Of a DNA stretch of 64,000 nucleotides, positions 35,506-48,900 are shown in pieces. Each line of letters opens with the position of its first letter. The stretch's first letter is position 1. This stretch comes from Azolla caroliniana (lineage: Eukaryota; Plantae; Polypodiophyta). The position numbers and the translations under genes were made by a program. The notes under the pieces were generated by a model that worked only from the letters and a program-made list of their open reading frames with translations, did no database searches and was not told the origin of the DNA. The stretch lies in assembly GCA_043228905.1 (NCBI GenBank), contig JBHGNT010000002.1, forward strand, positions 2,790,001-2,854,000, written 5' to 3'.

Positions 35506-37105
35506 ACATACATTGAGCAAGCTCAACAATGTTCTAATGCTAATGTTTTACTGTACTTTGTTTGGTTGCCGAGTGTATATAGTCCTTAATTACCATTGTA
35601 TTCCTTTCGATGATGTATACTAAAACTAATTTGAAAGAAATTCTCTTCCACAAATTAGGTTGACGACATTTCACTTTCAATATCAAATTTAATAAACACA
35701 ATTTTTTTATATATAATTCAATATGAATAGGTTTGTATCGAAATAATGTACCCATTAATACAAAGATGTGATGTCACAAAAAAGATATAAATGATCTTAT
35801 GTTAATTCATTACATAAAAAAATAGTCATTACTTGAAATACAAATGCTCAAATCTAAACTTAAACATGGTTTTAGACATATTCAGTATATTTATCTAGTT
35901 TTTTACCGACAACAAAGAGGTGGAATTAACATTATCCTTAATAAGAGAGGTGGAACTAATATTATCCTTAATAAGAATGGACGTAATATTGGGATTTTCC
36001 TCCAAACTCCAATTCAAAGATAGTGATTGGTGTGGCTTGATGAGAAAGCTATAACATACATTGTGCGTGGTAAAGCCCTACATGAATTTGGTTAGAAATG
36101 ACTTTTGGTCATTCCCTTAGGGTTGTGAAATGCTCATAATTTTCAACACAAAGAAATATGGAACTATAAATTATAAGATCATAAATCATCTCTAAAAACA
36201 CTATTTATAACTAGATTAGCTCAAAACAATTTCTTATGAAATCTCAAAATTCAGTTAAGAGTTCATGAAAAGTTTGGCTACCTTGTAAGTAGATGTTGCA
36301 TCAAATGAGGCATTTAGGCATTTCCAATGTTCCAAAGTGATGTGTTGTCGAGAAATGGAAAAGAGATTTTTGTTAAGAAACTCTAGACTTGATTTCTTGA
36401 CAAAATGTCATAACCCTTACACCATAACTCCAAATTGAGCTAATAGACTTGCCCTCAATTCCCATCACTAAGATATTTCAAATGAAAGGTCATATATTAT
36501 AATTTGTAAGGTTATGCTGACATCAGTTAAAACCATCAGCCATCCTCTAATGAAGAGTTAAAAGTGTCAACATTAACTCTCGTATAATGTCCAAATTTAG
36601 ATCAATTGGCAAACAATTAACAAACAAAATGACCAGAGCAGATGGTGTTGACAAGACGATGACAATATTTTTACATCCTAAAGTGGCTAGAAGTGTAACC
36701 TATGGGAGACCATTAAATGGTTGGACATAAATATAGAGAGGGAGAGCACAATGATCTCACAAAAGGCATAGATTTTGGAAGGGTCAAAGAAGCATGCTAA
36801 CAAAAACAAGGTTCTTATTTTATGCCCCCAAGGATATGCCAAAATATAATAATACATATCCTCTTTATGTGGAAGCTCAACATTCAAGCATATGAAGAAT
36901 GAATGATGATGCAAGGAAACTCTCTAGCTAAAACTTATAGCAAGACACACAACATATCGTTTTTCATCGAGCAGAACACAAGCATAATTTGTTGTCCATC
37001 GATAAGAACACTTAAACATAATCTAGTAGATGCTAATAGTGATGAGAGCATCATTAATATAGCAATCTCCCTTAAGTCCTTCCCTTTTGAGCTTCAAAGA
37101 GTAGT

Positions 37106-40100
37106 TTAAACTTTAGGACCAGCACTTGCTATCTCACGTGTGAGTGCATTGTCATCTCCAATCTGATAATCAAGGAAGCTCTCAAAGTTGTTCACAAAAA
37201 GTCCGGCTAGCTTCTCCAGAGTATCTCGATAGGCTTTTTGGTCTTCCCACTAGACAAAAAAATGTCCAAAAGGAAACAAACAAGGTGGTCGCTCAAAATG
37301 AGAAAATATGAATCTTATGTATCACCGAGGTACAATGCAAGATTTGTTTTGTGAGTTAATTGAACACAACAGTGCAACACATAAGATAGTGTAAGAAAAA
37401 CCACGACCATCTAGATAAGGTTATAAGTCCTTTTATTTCCTTTACCATGTTCTCGGGGTGAAGGATATCGGAAGGGACGCCGTTCACTTTGTCGGGGATT
37501 TGGAGTCCAAACACAGGTGTCTCCGTGTAGTTTGCATCGAGAAGCGAGCCATTGTGAATCGCGTCGATAATCTTCCGAGTATATTCAAGTTTCATCCTTT
37601 TCCCAACTCCATAACTACATTTTAACAAGCCCATCCTCACATCATTATTATTAGCATTACTTTTCTTCTTCTTCTTCTTTTTAGCATGACAAAGAAAGTC
37701 ACATGAGAAAAAGCTAGTGATAGATTGGTCATGTAATAACATGGGTATGGAAATCTAGATCAATCAAGGAGTATAGTTTTGTAGTTGTACCTGCCACCCG
37801 ACCATCCGGTGTTCACGAGCCAAGCGGTTGCGCCGTGGGTTTGCATCTTCTCGGCGAGCATTGTAGCGTACCTAGTCGGATGCATCATTATGAATGCGGC
37901 TCCGAAGCATGCCGAGAACGTGGCTTGCGGCTCTTTGATCCCGTCTTCGGTCCCTGCAACCTGACAATCAAAATGACAGGCACCCACGAAACATGTCAAT
38001 TAATGAAACCCTAAACCCCAAACCCTTTACTCCTGGGGCTGAACTGATTGAATTCTAGAGATTGGGGGGAGAGATTGTGTACCAGAGCTGTATATCCACT
38101 TATGAAATGATACATGGTTTGTGCCAGTGTCAACTTGCTAACCGGAGGCAGCACTCCGAACGCGTCACATGCGAGCAATATCACATTCTTCGGGTGAGGG
38201 CCGACACATGGGATTCTCGCGTTCGGGATGTATTCGATCGGGTAAGATGCTCTCGTATTCTCTATGTCCACCCAAGACAACTTGAGTAAGTGAAATACTA
38301 ATTCATGATCAAGACCAAGACCAAGACCAAGACACATCAAGATGTATATAATGCTTTTCTTCGAATTTTATACCTGTCACCGATTTATCGAAATAATCCA
38401 CCTCTCGGGTATGCTTGTCGAAAACAACATTCTCCAATACTGTCCATCGTGATGCAAGACCCCAAAGTTTTTAATTTAGTCGGATTACTACTACGAGTAG
38501 TACTAGATCATCAGCATTTGAAGCGATGCGAGACTATAATCACATGATGATTGATCTTTGGGGTGGGGGAAGGAATTCATTAATTCTGCAAAGATGGAAT
38601 GAATGATTTTACTTACCAGTTCCGAACTTGATTGCATTCCAAATCTCGGGCTCGGTCTTGGGAGAGAGGTCAATGCACTTTGCGTAGCATCCTCCTTCGA
38701 TATTAGCGACTCCATTGTCGCTCCAACAGTGCTCATCATCGCCGATGAGGAGACGGTTCGGATCAGTCGACAATGTGGTCTTTCCGGTGCCTAAGATCAT
38801 GTCAAATAAGTAGATTCAAAAAATCATAGACCATATGCTATATAGAACCCAAATTTATAGTGAGCAAAATCTCTCAATAATGTGTCCACATTGCAATCGA
38901 ATTTGGGTCATGCCAAGGGAATATATATATATATATCAAACTTCCTTTCGAGATGTCCGGTGACCATGACCAATGACCAATGACCAATGACCATGACCAT
39001 GACCATGACCATGACCATGACTATATATACACAATGTCCGAACCTGATAATCCGAAAAACAAGGCGACATCCCCGGCTTGAATGCCCATATTGCAGCCCG
39101 AATGGAGGGACAGGATCCCCTTCTTGGGCATCAAGTAGTGCATGACACTGAAGAGGCCCTTCTTCATCTCCCCCGCGTATTGCGTCCCGAGAATGACCAT
39201 CTCTTTGCGCCTCAGGTTTAGGTCAATGCTAGTCGACGATGTCATGTAATGCGTGTATCGGTTGCACGGGAAGCTCCCGGCATTGTAAATCGTGAAGTCG
39301 GGGGTCCCGAACTCCGCGAGCTCTTCTTGGCTTGGCCGGATACACCTGCGTGAATCGATCCCGGGGGGGTGGGTGCCCACCCATAAAAACATATATATCT
39401 ATATGTATAGCTTCCAAGATCATAACATGTTTTGTAGCATATTAGCCATGTCATGATCATAAATCATCAACACATGAAGCACTCTACTAGGTAGGTACTC
39501 ATTATCGCAAAAATCGATCTTCCAGCGCCACAATCTTAAACACCAATCAAGCAGCAATTCAACTAATGTATATGATTTCAACCCCCCTTCCCTTCCCGGC
39601 CCTCTCCACGATCGAACAACATTCATTCTTTAATGATGATGATGATGATTGTCACCATTAATATATATATATATATATATATACATATATATATACATAT
39701 ATATATTATATGTTAATCATGATGATTCTTTGTTGATGATAATGGTGATTGCCACCATTAATATATATATATATGTTAATTATGATGGTAATTCAGCTTA
39801 CATGTTATACATGAAGAGTGAATGGTAGGCCCTGGCCGAGATGATTCTCACTTTGATTCGATGCTCCGCATCCCAGTTCAAAAACTGGTCATTCACATAC
39901 ACCTTCACATACATAGGGAAACAAAATTCACATGTTTAAGCAATATGCTATCAATCATTTAAATGAGACCGATGACTACCACTTACTCGGAAATCCTTTA
40001 TCTTAACGGATTTTTCTACGATATTGTCGACTCCGAATTTCATAATTTGGGTTAATAATGCATGGGGGAGACTCCATTAGTTACAAAATTAAACAAAATG

Positions 40101-41419
40101 ATGCTAATTATGCCAGGATTTTTCATATGAAATGAAAATTATGCAACTGAATTTTCTTACCTTCTCCATCGAGTTTAGGTAATCGACTGCTCTTTCTCGG
40201 TTAACCATGAATGTATGCTCATCCATCTCAATGTTTGGCGAACCTCTACAATCAATGATGGCATTATAATTCCAACAATTTACAACAATATATATACAGT
40301 TTATATGATATATATATATATATATATTGGAGGCTCCAATGAGTTATGCTAAATCATGGAGTAGTTGAACACTTACTTGCCCCACCACAAATCGCATTCC
40401 GAAGAGTCCTCCCGAACCACACGCTTATCTCTGGGAGATCGGCCTGTCTTGGCGCCCGAGAGGGTGGCGAGTGCCCCCGTAGAAGTCACGAATGACCCGC
40501 TCTCGTACTTGATCGCATGCTCATACAGCTCTGGCAGTTGGGTTTGTTTTTTTTTGTTGTTGTTTAATGGATTTGCAGAAAATTAAGACCATAACATGAG
40601 AATTAATCACCCAAAAGAAGAATGGGGCCAAATTAATCTGCTTTTTTAATGCTATTACTAGTAGTACAAGTACAAGAGCAGTCAAGTCACCTCCAGGAGA
40701 GAGATTGTAAAGCACATGAGTGAGCTTGAGAGAGCTGTCACTGAGGCTCGTCTTCATGAGCTCGGGTTTCCGGGGCGGAGGCGGAGGCGTGGGGGCCGCA
40801 CCATTCACAATGCCGCTTCCACTGCCACGGCTCACCACCACCACTCGTGGTCCCATCTCTCTCGCGAGGGATGCGAGGGACGCGCTGGTGTGCCGGCCGA
40901 CCATTGCGCGATGAATTTCAAAATCACACATAATGTATATTTAGATTATATTGGATTGGATTGGATTGGATTGGATTGGATTGGATTGGATTATATTAGA
41001 TTACATTAGAGATTAGATTGGATTGGATTAGATTGGATTATATTAGATTGGATTGGATTGGATTGGATTAGAGATTAGATTGGATTAGATTAGATTAGAT
41101 TAGATTAGATATTAGAATAGAGATTAGATTGGATTAGATTAGATTAGATTAGAGATTCGATTGGATTGGATTAGATTAGAGATTAGATTGGATTGGATTA
41201 GATTAGATTATATTGCACCAATGATAACATCCTAACTAATTAGCTGGTACATGAGAGATTGTATACATATATACATTTATACCTGATGGATTGTGACTGT
41301 TGGTGGGTTTTTTTGTTTTCTTGCTGCTCGGTGGAGGAATGATGGGCGGCGCTGCTCATATCGCCGGTGTCTGCTTCGGCTGTCCAATTCGTGGCCGGTG
41401 CGGGTGTCGGCATAGGCAT
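37106..41419 (-). CDS. PCK1: Phosphoenolpyruvate carboxykinase (ATP), 624 aa model
   Basis: Exons 41419-41283, 40884-40691, 40530-40377, 40245-40161, 39902-39802, 39345-39044, 38790-38617, 38439-38374, 38261-38083, 37960-37791, 37614-37446, 37249-37106 (1875 nt, GT-AG, in frame). Motifs [56 protein letters not shown]. Start codon less certain. Confidence 0.95.
40940..41215. repeat. Compound (GATTG/GATTA)n pentanucleotide microsatellite in PCK intron 1
   Basis: Direct reading; about 270 bp. Confidence 0.9.
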
Positions 41420-41954
41420 TGATCTAATTTATAATGTGGGGTGGGTCGATCGATCCAATCGATCGGATCCAATGATGGATGGATCGATCAATTGATTGAT
41501 TGATTGATTGATTGTTCGATTGATTGATTGATTGATTGATTGATGAGAGAGGGGGCTGTAAAAGCCCTCCACCTTCGAGGATTTGTGAAGGGTTAGCATT
41601 TGCGCCCCTTTAAAAAGCAAAAGCAAAATGCAACAAAAAAAAAAAAAAAAAAAAAAAAGCAAATTTTAACAAATTTAAAAAAGAAAAAAAAAATATTAAT
41701 CAAAAGGGTTTTCTTTTCTTTTTTTCACACCCAAACCCTTCCCTCATAAACACACGAGGAAAAACAAACACATGCAAAATAAAATAAAATAAAATAAAGA
41801 GAGTTAAAAAAATAAAATAAGAAAAATCCGGAAAAGAAAAAGGAAAATCCTTTAAAAAAAAGCGTGAAAATAATATATATATATATATATATATATATTT
41901 GCTTAATTATTTAGGAGTCTCTGTGGGTGTGTGGCGACGGGCCTATCGGGTGGC

Positions 41955-41997
41955 GACACGTGGCGAGGCAGGCAACCAATGGGCCCACGCCACGTCA
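41955..41997 (-). promoter_or_regulatory. ABRE/G-box cluster in the PCK promoter
   Basis: GACACGTGGC at 41955-41964, CCAAT, GGGCCCA and GCCACGTCA at 41989-41997, just upstream of a TA tract at about 41873-41898. Confidence 0.55.
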
Positions 41998-42139
41998 TCG
42001 GGAGCAGAAACAAACAAAAGCAGAGCAACCGATTTGATTTTTGGTTTTTCTGTTTTGCTTTTTGGCGGCGCCCACTTCGGGTCAACGCCTCGTGGAATCC
42101 CTTCTCTGTCCTTTTCCTTCCTCTCATTCTTTCTCTCCT

Positions 42140-42215
42140 TAACCCTAACCCTAACCCTAACCCTAACCCTAACCTAATCCTAACCTAACCTAATTCTAAC
42201 CCTAACACTAACTTA
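42140..42215. repeat. Interstitial (CCCTAA)n, TTAGGG-type repeat
   Basis: Five perfect TAACCC units followed by degenerate copies. Confidence 0.8.
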
Positions 42216-45200
42216 AACTAACAATCCGCAATGATTCGGTTCGGTTCAAGTTGAGTTGTACCGAACCGTTTAAACCGTAATAATCAGCAAAGGTTCGGTT
42301 TGAACCGAACCGTTTAAACCGTTAAGCTGATTGTTAACACTAACCCTCCATTAACCCAACCCCCCCCCCCCCCCCACCCCCACACGCCATATCTGATCAC
42401 ATCATTCTTCACCATCGCAACCCCCCCGGAATCTTCCGGCTTCTTTCACATCTCATCCCGTCCACCAAACGATTCACCAATAAACTCCTTCTCTCGCCCA
42501 AACTCGTTAACTACAAAAAACACAAGTCTCCTCACAAGGATCCACAATACGAATGGTTACAATTCCTAGTGTAATGCACAATCATAGAGGCCTTTGCATT
42601 CGAGGAGGTTGTAGGATGTCCTTCTCTTGCCCAAACTCGCAACTACAGAACACTAAATGTCCTTAACAAGGATCTACAATATGAATGGTACAGTTCCTTT
42701 AAGTGTAATCCACAATCATAGAGGAGGTTGTAGGTGTTTTGAAGGTCGGGTGGCGGTTGTAGGTTCATTAATGTAGGGGTACATCACATGGAGTAAAAAA
42801 AATTGGTAGGTTTGGTTGGAAAAAGTGTCGGCATACATAATATCAAACTTGGTTGGAACTTTGTGGCACAACTTGGGCCCATCATCACATGGGCAGAACA
42901 CATACACACATAAAGAGTGGACAATGAGACTCACTTCCCCAACATGGTTGTTCATATATAGGCTTATCTTGGACAATAGAATTCCAAAAGAAAACTGTCT
43001 CAAGTTACCCATTCATACTATGGACAGTATTCAATACATCCTCCTCCCAATTAACCAACCTACATTTGTACGCAGCCAAGAAGACCCCGCTAGGGTTAGG
43101 GTTGGATTCTTCAGAGCTTGAGGCCATATGTATGAGGAGGACTCCCGTCACTTGCGCGGTAAACTTTCCTTCTAGCAAGCATGCTAGAGTTCTAGTCTAA
43201 TATTACAAGAGGGCCTTTCACATTGACTCAAGATATTGATGGAATTTATTTGGATGGCCCAAGGACATAATGTTTTGTCCCCCCTTCTTTTCATGATATT
43301 CCTACTGTACTCAAACAAAATGCTTTGGACAACATTAAAATTAGGGTCTCCTTGACTCGTGGGCTCCTGAGTCCTAACCTCTCTAGGCAACTCACATGTA
43401 ACTTGACACATCACTTCCATTTCGAACCGAAAATTTGGAATAACACGAGTTACTAGGATGGTGCTTTTAACTTTCATCAAGAACCTACTCTTGATTGGGT
43501 TTTATTGAACACAAATACTTGTATCAGTCAAATTTATATTGCCTCTTAAAACAAAACCGTGAGCTATTTTGTGGATTTTTTGTTACACATTGCCTCAAAA
43601 TGATGAAAATCACCCCATAAATGTTTTGGTTTATGGGTGGTAGTTAAACTACCTCAGAAAGTGATATTTTCTATAGCTTACAAAGTTTCTCAACTACTAT
43701 ATAAATATACTACTATATTTCTATCTTAACTACAATATTTGTTTTATTTATATTAATATATAAATATTGACAGTATCTCAAATAATCACAATATATATAG
43801 GAACAAGTGGGTTTGTTATGCAAAATTAGTTGGATTCCAGTATAATAGATCTAAGAGAAATCCAATCAAACTCCGTTCCATCAAGGATATCTAAAGCATT
43901 AACGATTTATTTAAATACAGTGTAAAAAACTTGTACTAATTTTTTGGAAAAAAAAAACTTGTATTAAAATGGAAAACAAAATACTACATCAAGACTTGTA
44001 AAATCATTACAATAAAAAAAGATAAGATGATATCCATAATGATGGTAAAATAAATGACAAACAATTAGATTCCAAGGCATGCTTTTAAGGATCACGCTTA
44101 ACCCTCCTAATTTCCTCATCTCCTTCTAAACTAGAGGTAGGTACAAGCTCCCTTGATGTTGGTTCAAAGCTCTCAATATCACATTTTGATCACATGAGCA
44201 CCTACTTCTTGATCCTTGTTAGTACATTCCCTTCTACCACAGTATTTACTAATCCTCTTCTTGATGACGCTTGCACACAAACTAACATACATCTTTGCGG
44301 GGATGAAATGTTTGAACTCTTTCAAAGCACAGATGGTTATAGTTCCTAACAAACATCATGAGCCATATTGTGGAAAAATCCACAACTTTTGACCAATTGT
44401 GTTATCAAATAGTATTTGACAAGTTTGCACAAAGAAATTGAGGATAAAATACACATCAAACTAAGGAAATAGATCAATAAGTCAAATTATCAAAATTTGT
44501 GGCCTTTGATCATGATTAACAAGTGGTAAAACATCGAGTATCTCTAATATTTTTTATGAGAAGGGGAATAAAAAATAGATTTGCTAAGGAATCATTCGTG
44601 CAATGATAGTCATGATTCCTTAGAGACATGTCTTTATGCAAATCATTAACGTGTTTACCTTACCACAAGCATGAACAAATTGTCTTCACCCAATTATATG
44701 TTAATACTAATTTTAACGAAGAGATCCCCAAATGATAACATTCCACAGAACTTCCAAACTTGTCTTGCAAAAACGAATTGCCCTTTAAAATAAAATGCAG
44801 CCAAACTCCAAAAATGGACATTCATGACTGGCAAACTCTTTTGTCGTTACTTTTAGTTGTGCGCGCTTATAATAAGCTCATCACCATGAGTAGGCCCCTA
44901 TATCTACGATGGCCAATGTCTAATTATTATGGCTTATAAGGAAGATGTTGTTTTTCTTGCTTTACCCTTTGAAGATATAGAGTGAATGGCCTGTCATTCA
45001 AAATTTCTCTTATTGACGCTTTTTGGTGCATGTAGGTTGACATTCAAATCAAAACAATGAGAATTATAATTACAATAAACATTCATACGACATGAGGAGC
45101 ATATACAACTAATTTCCAATTCTTTAAACACGATAAATTATTTCTTTAATGCTTGATTAGAGCTTGATCTTGGAGATTCTTGAGCAATTTCATCCCATGT

Positions 45201-45946
45201 GCTTTAAAGAACAAGCAAGAATTTAGCCATAAGGATTCACACATGCAACCTTTGAATCATAAAAATTACACTTTAACCAACTCAGCATGTGAAATTGACC
45301 CACATTACATTTATAACAAATTTTAACACATGAAATATGGAAAAGTGTCTATTTAGGAGCGGTTCAAACCATGTGCCTTTAGCAACACAATGCTACCCCA
45401 AAAATTGTCAGTAGAAGTCACTTAAACATCACATTAGACATCGTTTAAGCAACACAAAGGCATCTCATATGAGTAACACCCAAACATGACATGTCTTAAG
45501 ATTAATAATACCATGCCTATGGGCCTAAGGTTAATAAGGACCATCATTAACCTGCATGGGTCAAATATGAAGATGCATGCATAAATTATTGTGGTTAATT
45601 GTTTTTAATGTTTATTTTTTTATGTTTGAATAGTAAAACCAATAATGGTCCCCAATAATGATTTTTTTTATGTTTGAAATTTGTGGCTTGCGTATAATGG
45701 TTCCCTAAACATTGGAATTCCAAATGTAATACACAAACTTGTGAAATTCCAAATATATTGATTTTGTTATGGGGAAGCAGGGGGGATGAAAACTAACAAA
45801 CACGATGATATGATAAATAACGAGCAAGCATTGAGGCACAAAACCAAGATTGAATGTGTTTTTTGTTTACGGGGGTATATACGTTTACAAGTGCCTAATG
45901 GATGGAAGAGCTAGCATTGCATTCTTTTAGAATGGCATCGCAGATC

Positions 45947-48900
45947 TCATGCTATAGCCGCCTTCTGGGACGAGATTTCTCCAAGCCTGATGGAAACCTT
46001 GTGATCTACAACAGAGAACTTGCGGATAGACCATCGGAACAGTGGAACCAGAGGAACATAAAGAGCAGCAACTACAAAAGGTGCAATGACAAGCCATCCA
46101 AGCACCTGGAAAATTCATCCAAGTTCGCAATGTTTTCATATGTTTGCTGGTTTAATGAGACTGATAAGGCATATGAAGATTCGATACACAAATCGATTAC
46201 AAACCACATGAGAGATCATGCAATATGTGGCCGTGTAAACGAGGCAAAAGCATCTGAAAGATTCAATACAAGAATAGATTACAAACCACATGAGAGACCC
46301 CCCACAATAGATCTCGACTTGCCGATCCACTAATGATCTTCTTAAATGCATCCGATGTGAGCTCAAATTGTGTGGGGCTGTTGACCATCCATTCTCCAAA
46401 CCGCAGAAATGGTATTATGAGGCTACCAAGCATTTTGATTTTCAAGTCAGTATTCGATAGGTAACATCGTAAGACATAAACATCCTCTTTTTGTGCTAAG
46501 ATATTTTCTAACCAAGTTTTAGATCTTTTTTGACTGAACATATCGATGTAAATTTGAGAGAGTGAGCATAATTTTGTAAGTTTTACAAAACACTAGCAAG
46601 ATAGTATCAAATACATACATCCAAAGTCAGCATTAAGGAAATAACTTTATTTTAATCAGTAAATTCAATACCTGAGCTCAACAGGTGTTGCTATGAAATT
46701 GGCAAGCATTAGTGTTGGGGTGTGACATCTAGAACCAAGAATTGCAGCAGCTATGCCACAAAGAAATACTGTAACCCCTGTTGAAGAATGGAAAGATGCA
46801 TTTGTAAAGCACATTTTATCCTAATGGAAAGAAACACATTATTAATTTTCACTCCATGTTTGTCATACCACAAACAGGGAAAATTCCCAGAGTGATGCCT
46901 AGAGCTGCCGAAAAAGCAAGTTGCTTGGGCTCTGTACCTCTGCCATGTAGAATGAGTAATTAATAACCTCACTGATCAATATAATAGGATAGATATATGC
47001 TGAGATCAGCAGCACGATTTTATTGAATAAAGATATTTGCTTGAGTGTTTTAACGTCCAAGATAGATGTCAGAAGAAAGAAGAAAAAGTGATTAAATAAT
47101 AACACGAATAAGCATCCAGATTAAGAATCAAGCAAATGTATAGGCATTTACTTGTTCTCTTGTAAAGTGGCCTTTGTGAGATAAACAAGACTAGCAGTTT
47201 TGTTTATCCTAATTGATAGTCACTGGCATACAATTGGTGTTGTGCACACATTATGTAGTGCGTCAGATGCAACTGAAATAATAATTTGCACTATAATAAT
47301 TTGCTATCCACCTTAGGAAGGTAGACAGGTGGTATGGGTCCTTTGACTTCTTTCTGGAGCTTTCCTACCACTGAAAATCTCGCCCATTTTACTAGCAGAT
47401 AATTGGGACCATAATAAGTTACAAGTTGAAAGGGCCCACTTTGCTTCCGTGCTTTCCAGGATGCATGATTCAGTCTCCTGTAATCTGCTCTTATGCTTGC
47501 AGCCTTTTGTTTATGGGAGAAGGGGTACTCCACCAGGCCTCACCATAATGTGCCTATACCAATCCATGTCTATCTGGCAACATGTCGAATAAACGAATAG
47601 GACATAGTCACCAGAAAAAACTCCAATTTTCTGCTTTCAGCCTCATCTAAAACCAAATCCTGGGCTTCAGCAGGATGGTTTTTATTTGTCCACAAGGAGA
47701 GCCAAAAGGAAAATACATCGGTTTTTGCGGAAGTCAATACATAAGCTTTTACATCATTAATCAAGAAATACAACGCAACAAAGCAAACAAAAGCAATACT
47801 CTAAAACGAATCTCCTCTCATTGAAACTATCTTTATCATTACAAGAGTATGTTACACTATCTTTATCATTACTTAAATCAGGTTGGATACCCTAATATGG
47901 ATCTCCTCTTATTCAAACATCTTTATAATTCACTAGAGTGTGTCACGCCATTGGAATCGGGTGGATCGATATATTAATACTCTCAATGGTTCATGCAATT
48001 GTCAGCATGAGACTTGATATTAAATTATCTTAATGACAAAATAACACTTACGGATCTTCAAAGCCCAGAGAATCATCATTACTTCCTTAAACTAAAGTGA
48101 GGTACAAGAGGATAGAAACTATGCTTGCAACTCTCCAGTACGTTTAATGTCAGATAAAACGACAATTTTCTATTTTAGTGAGTCTTTTTCCAAGATAATG
48201 CCCAGATCATTATGCTAAGGACTTTCCCAACAAGGACTTGGGACTGTTATATTTGAGACCTTCATTCACAGGGCTTCTGTCATCGGTTCACCCATCATAA
48301 GGTGAATGGCATATAAAGGTAATATCTAGTAACCTTTATATCCTCCCACGTATAGTTGTAATCTACTTAAATGAATGATGCCATTTATAAATATTATTTT
48401 AATAACCCATTTATAATGTATCTGCCAAACATCTCACATTAAACACTCTAGAAAGGGATACACTTGAGACTCCTTTAAAGAAAGAGAGAGACTAACATTG
48501 TGAATGGCATATAAAGGTAATATTCTATAAACCTTTATATCCTCCCAAGTATAAAAGTAAAACTATAAACCTTTTACAAAAATCTATCATCCTAACATAC
48601 TCATTATGGCTAATTCTTAAGTCATTCTCTCCCCTTAATCGCTTTCTTAATCTCAAGGAATCGGCAATGGCTCGGTTATCCAAGCCAAACCGGTTTGGGG
48701 GTTCTCAACCGTGGGCTGAACCGAACCGAACCAATCCCTAAACAGGTTAAGCCTATACCGGTTTGGCACAAACAGGTTAAGCTCTATATGGGTGGTTGAT
48801 GTCTACAATTTCCTCTTTTGGTGATTTCATCTTGGTAATTAGTAATTGGCAACAGCTGGGTTCAAGCCTAAACCATTTTGCTAAAACGTTAGGGGTTTAG

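Noticed and set aside
45902-46333. 143-aa plus-strand ORF
   Set aside because: Antisense to exons 4-5 of the DUF2062-like gene; no recognisable motifs.
42225-48740. A single hAT element enclosing the DUF2062-like exons
   Set aside because: Only partial end similarity and no TSD; the gene's first exon lies outside and the gene looks intact.
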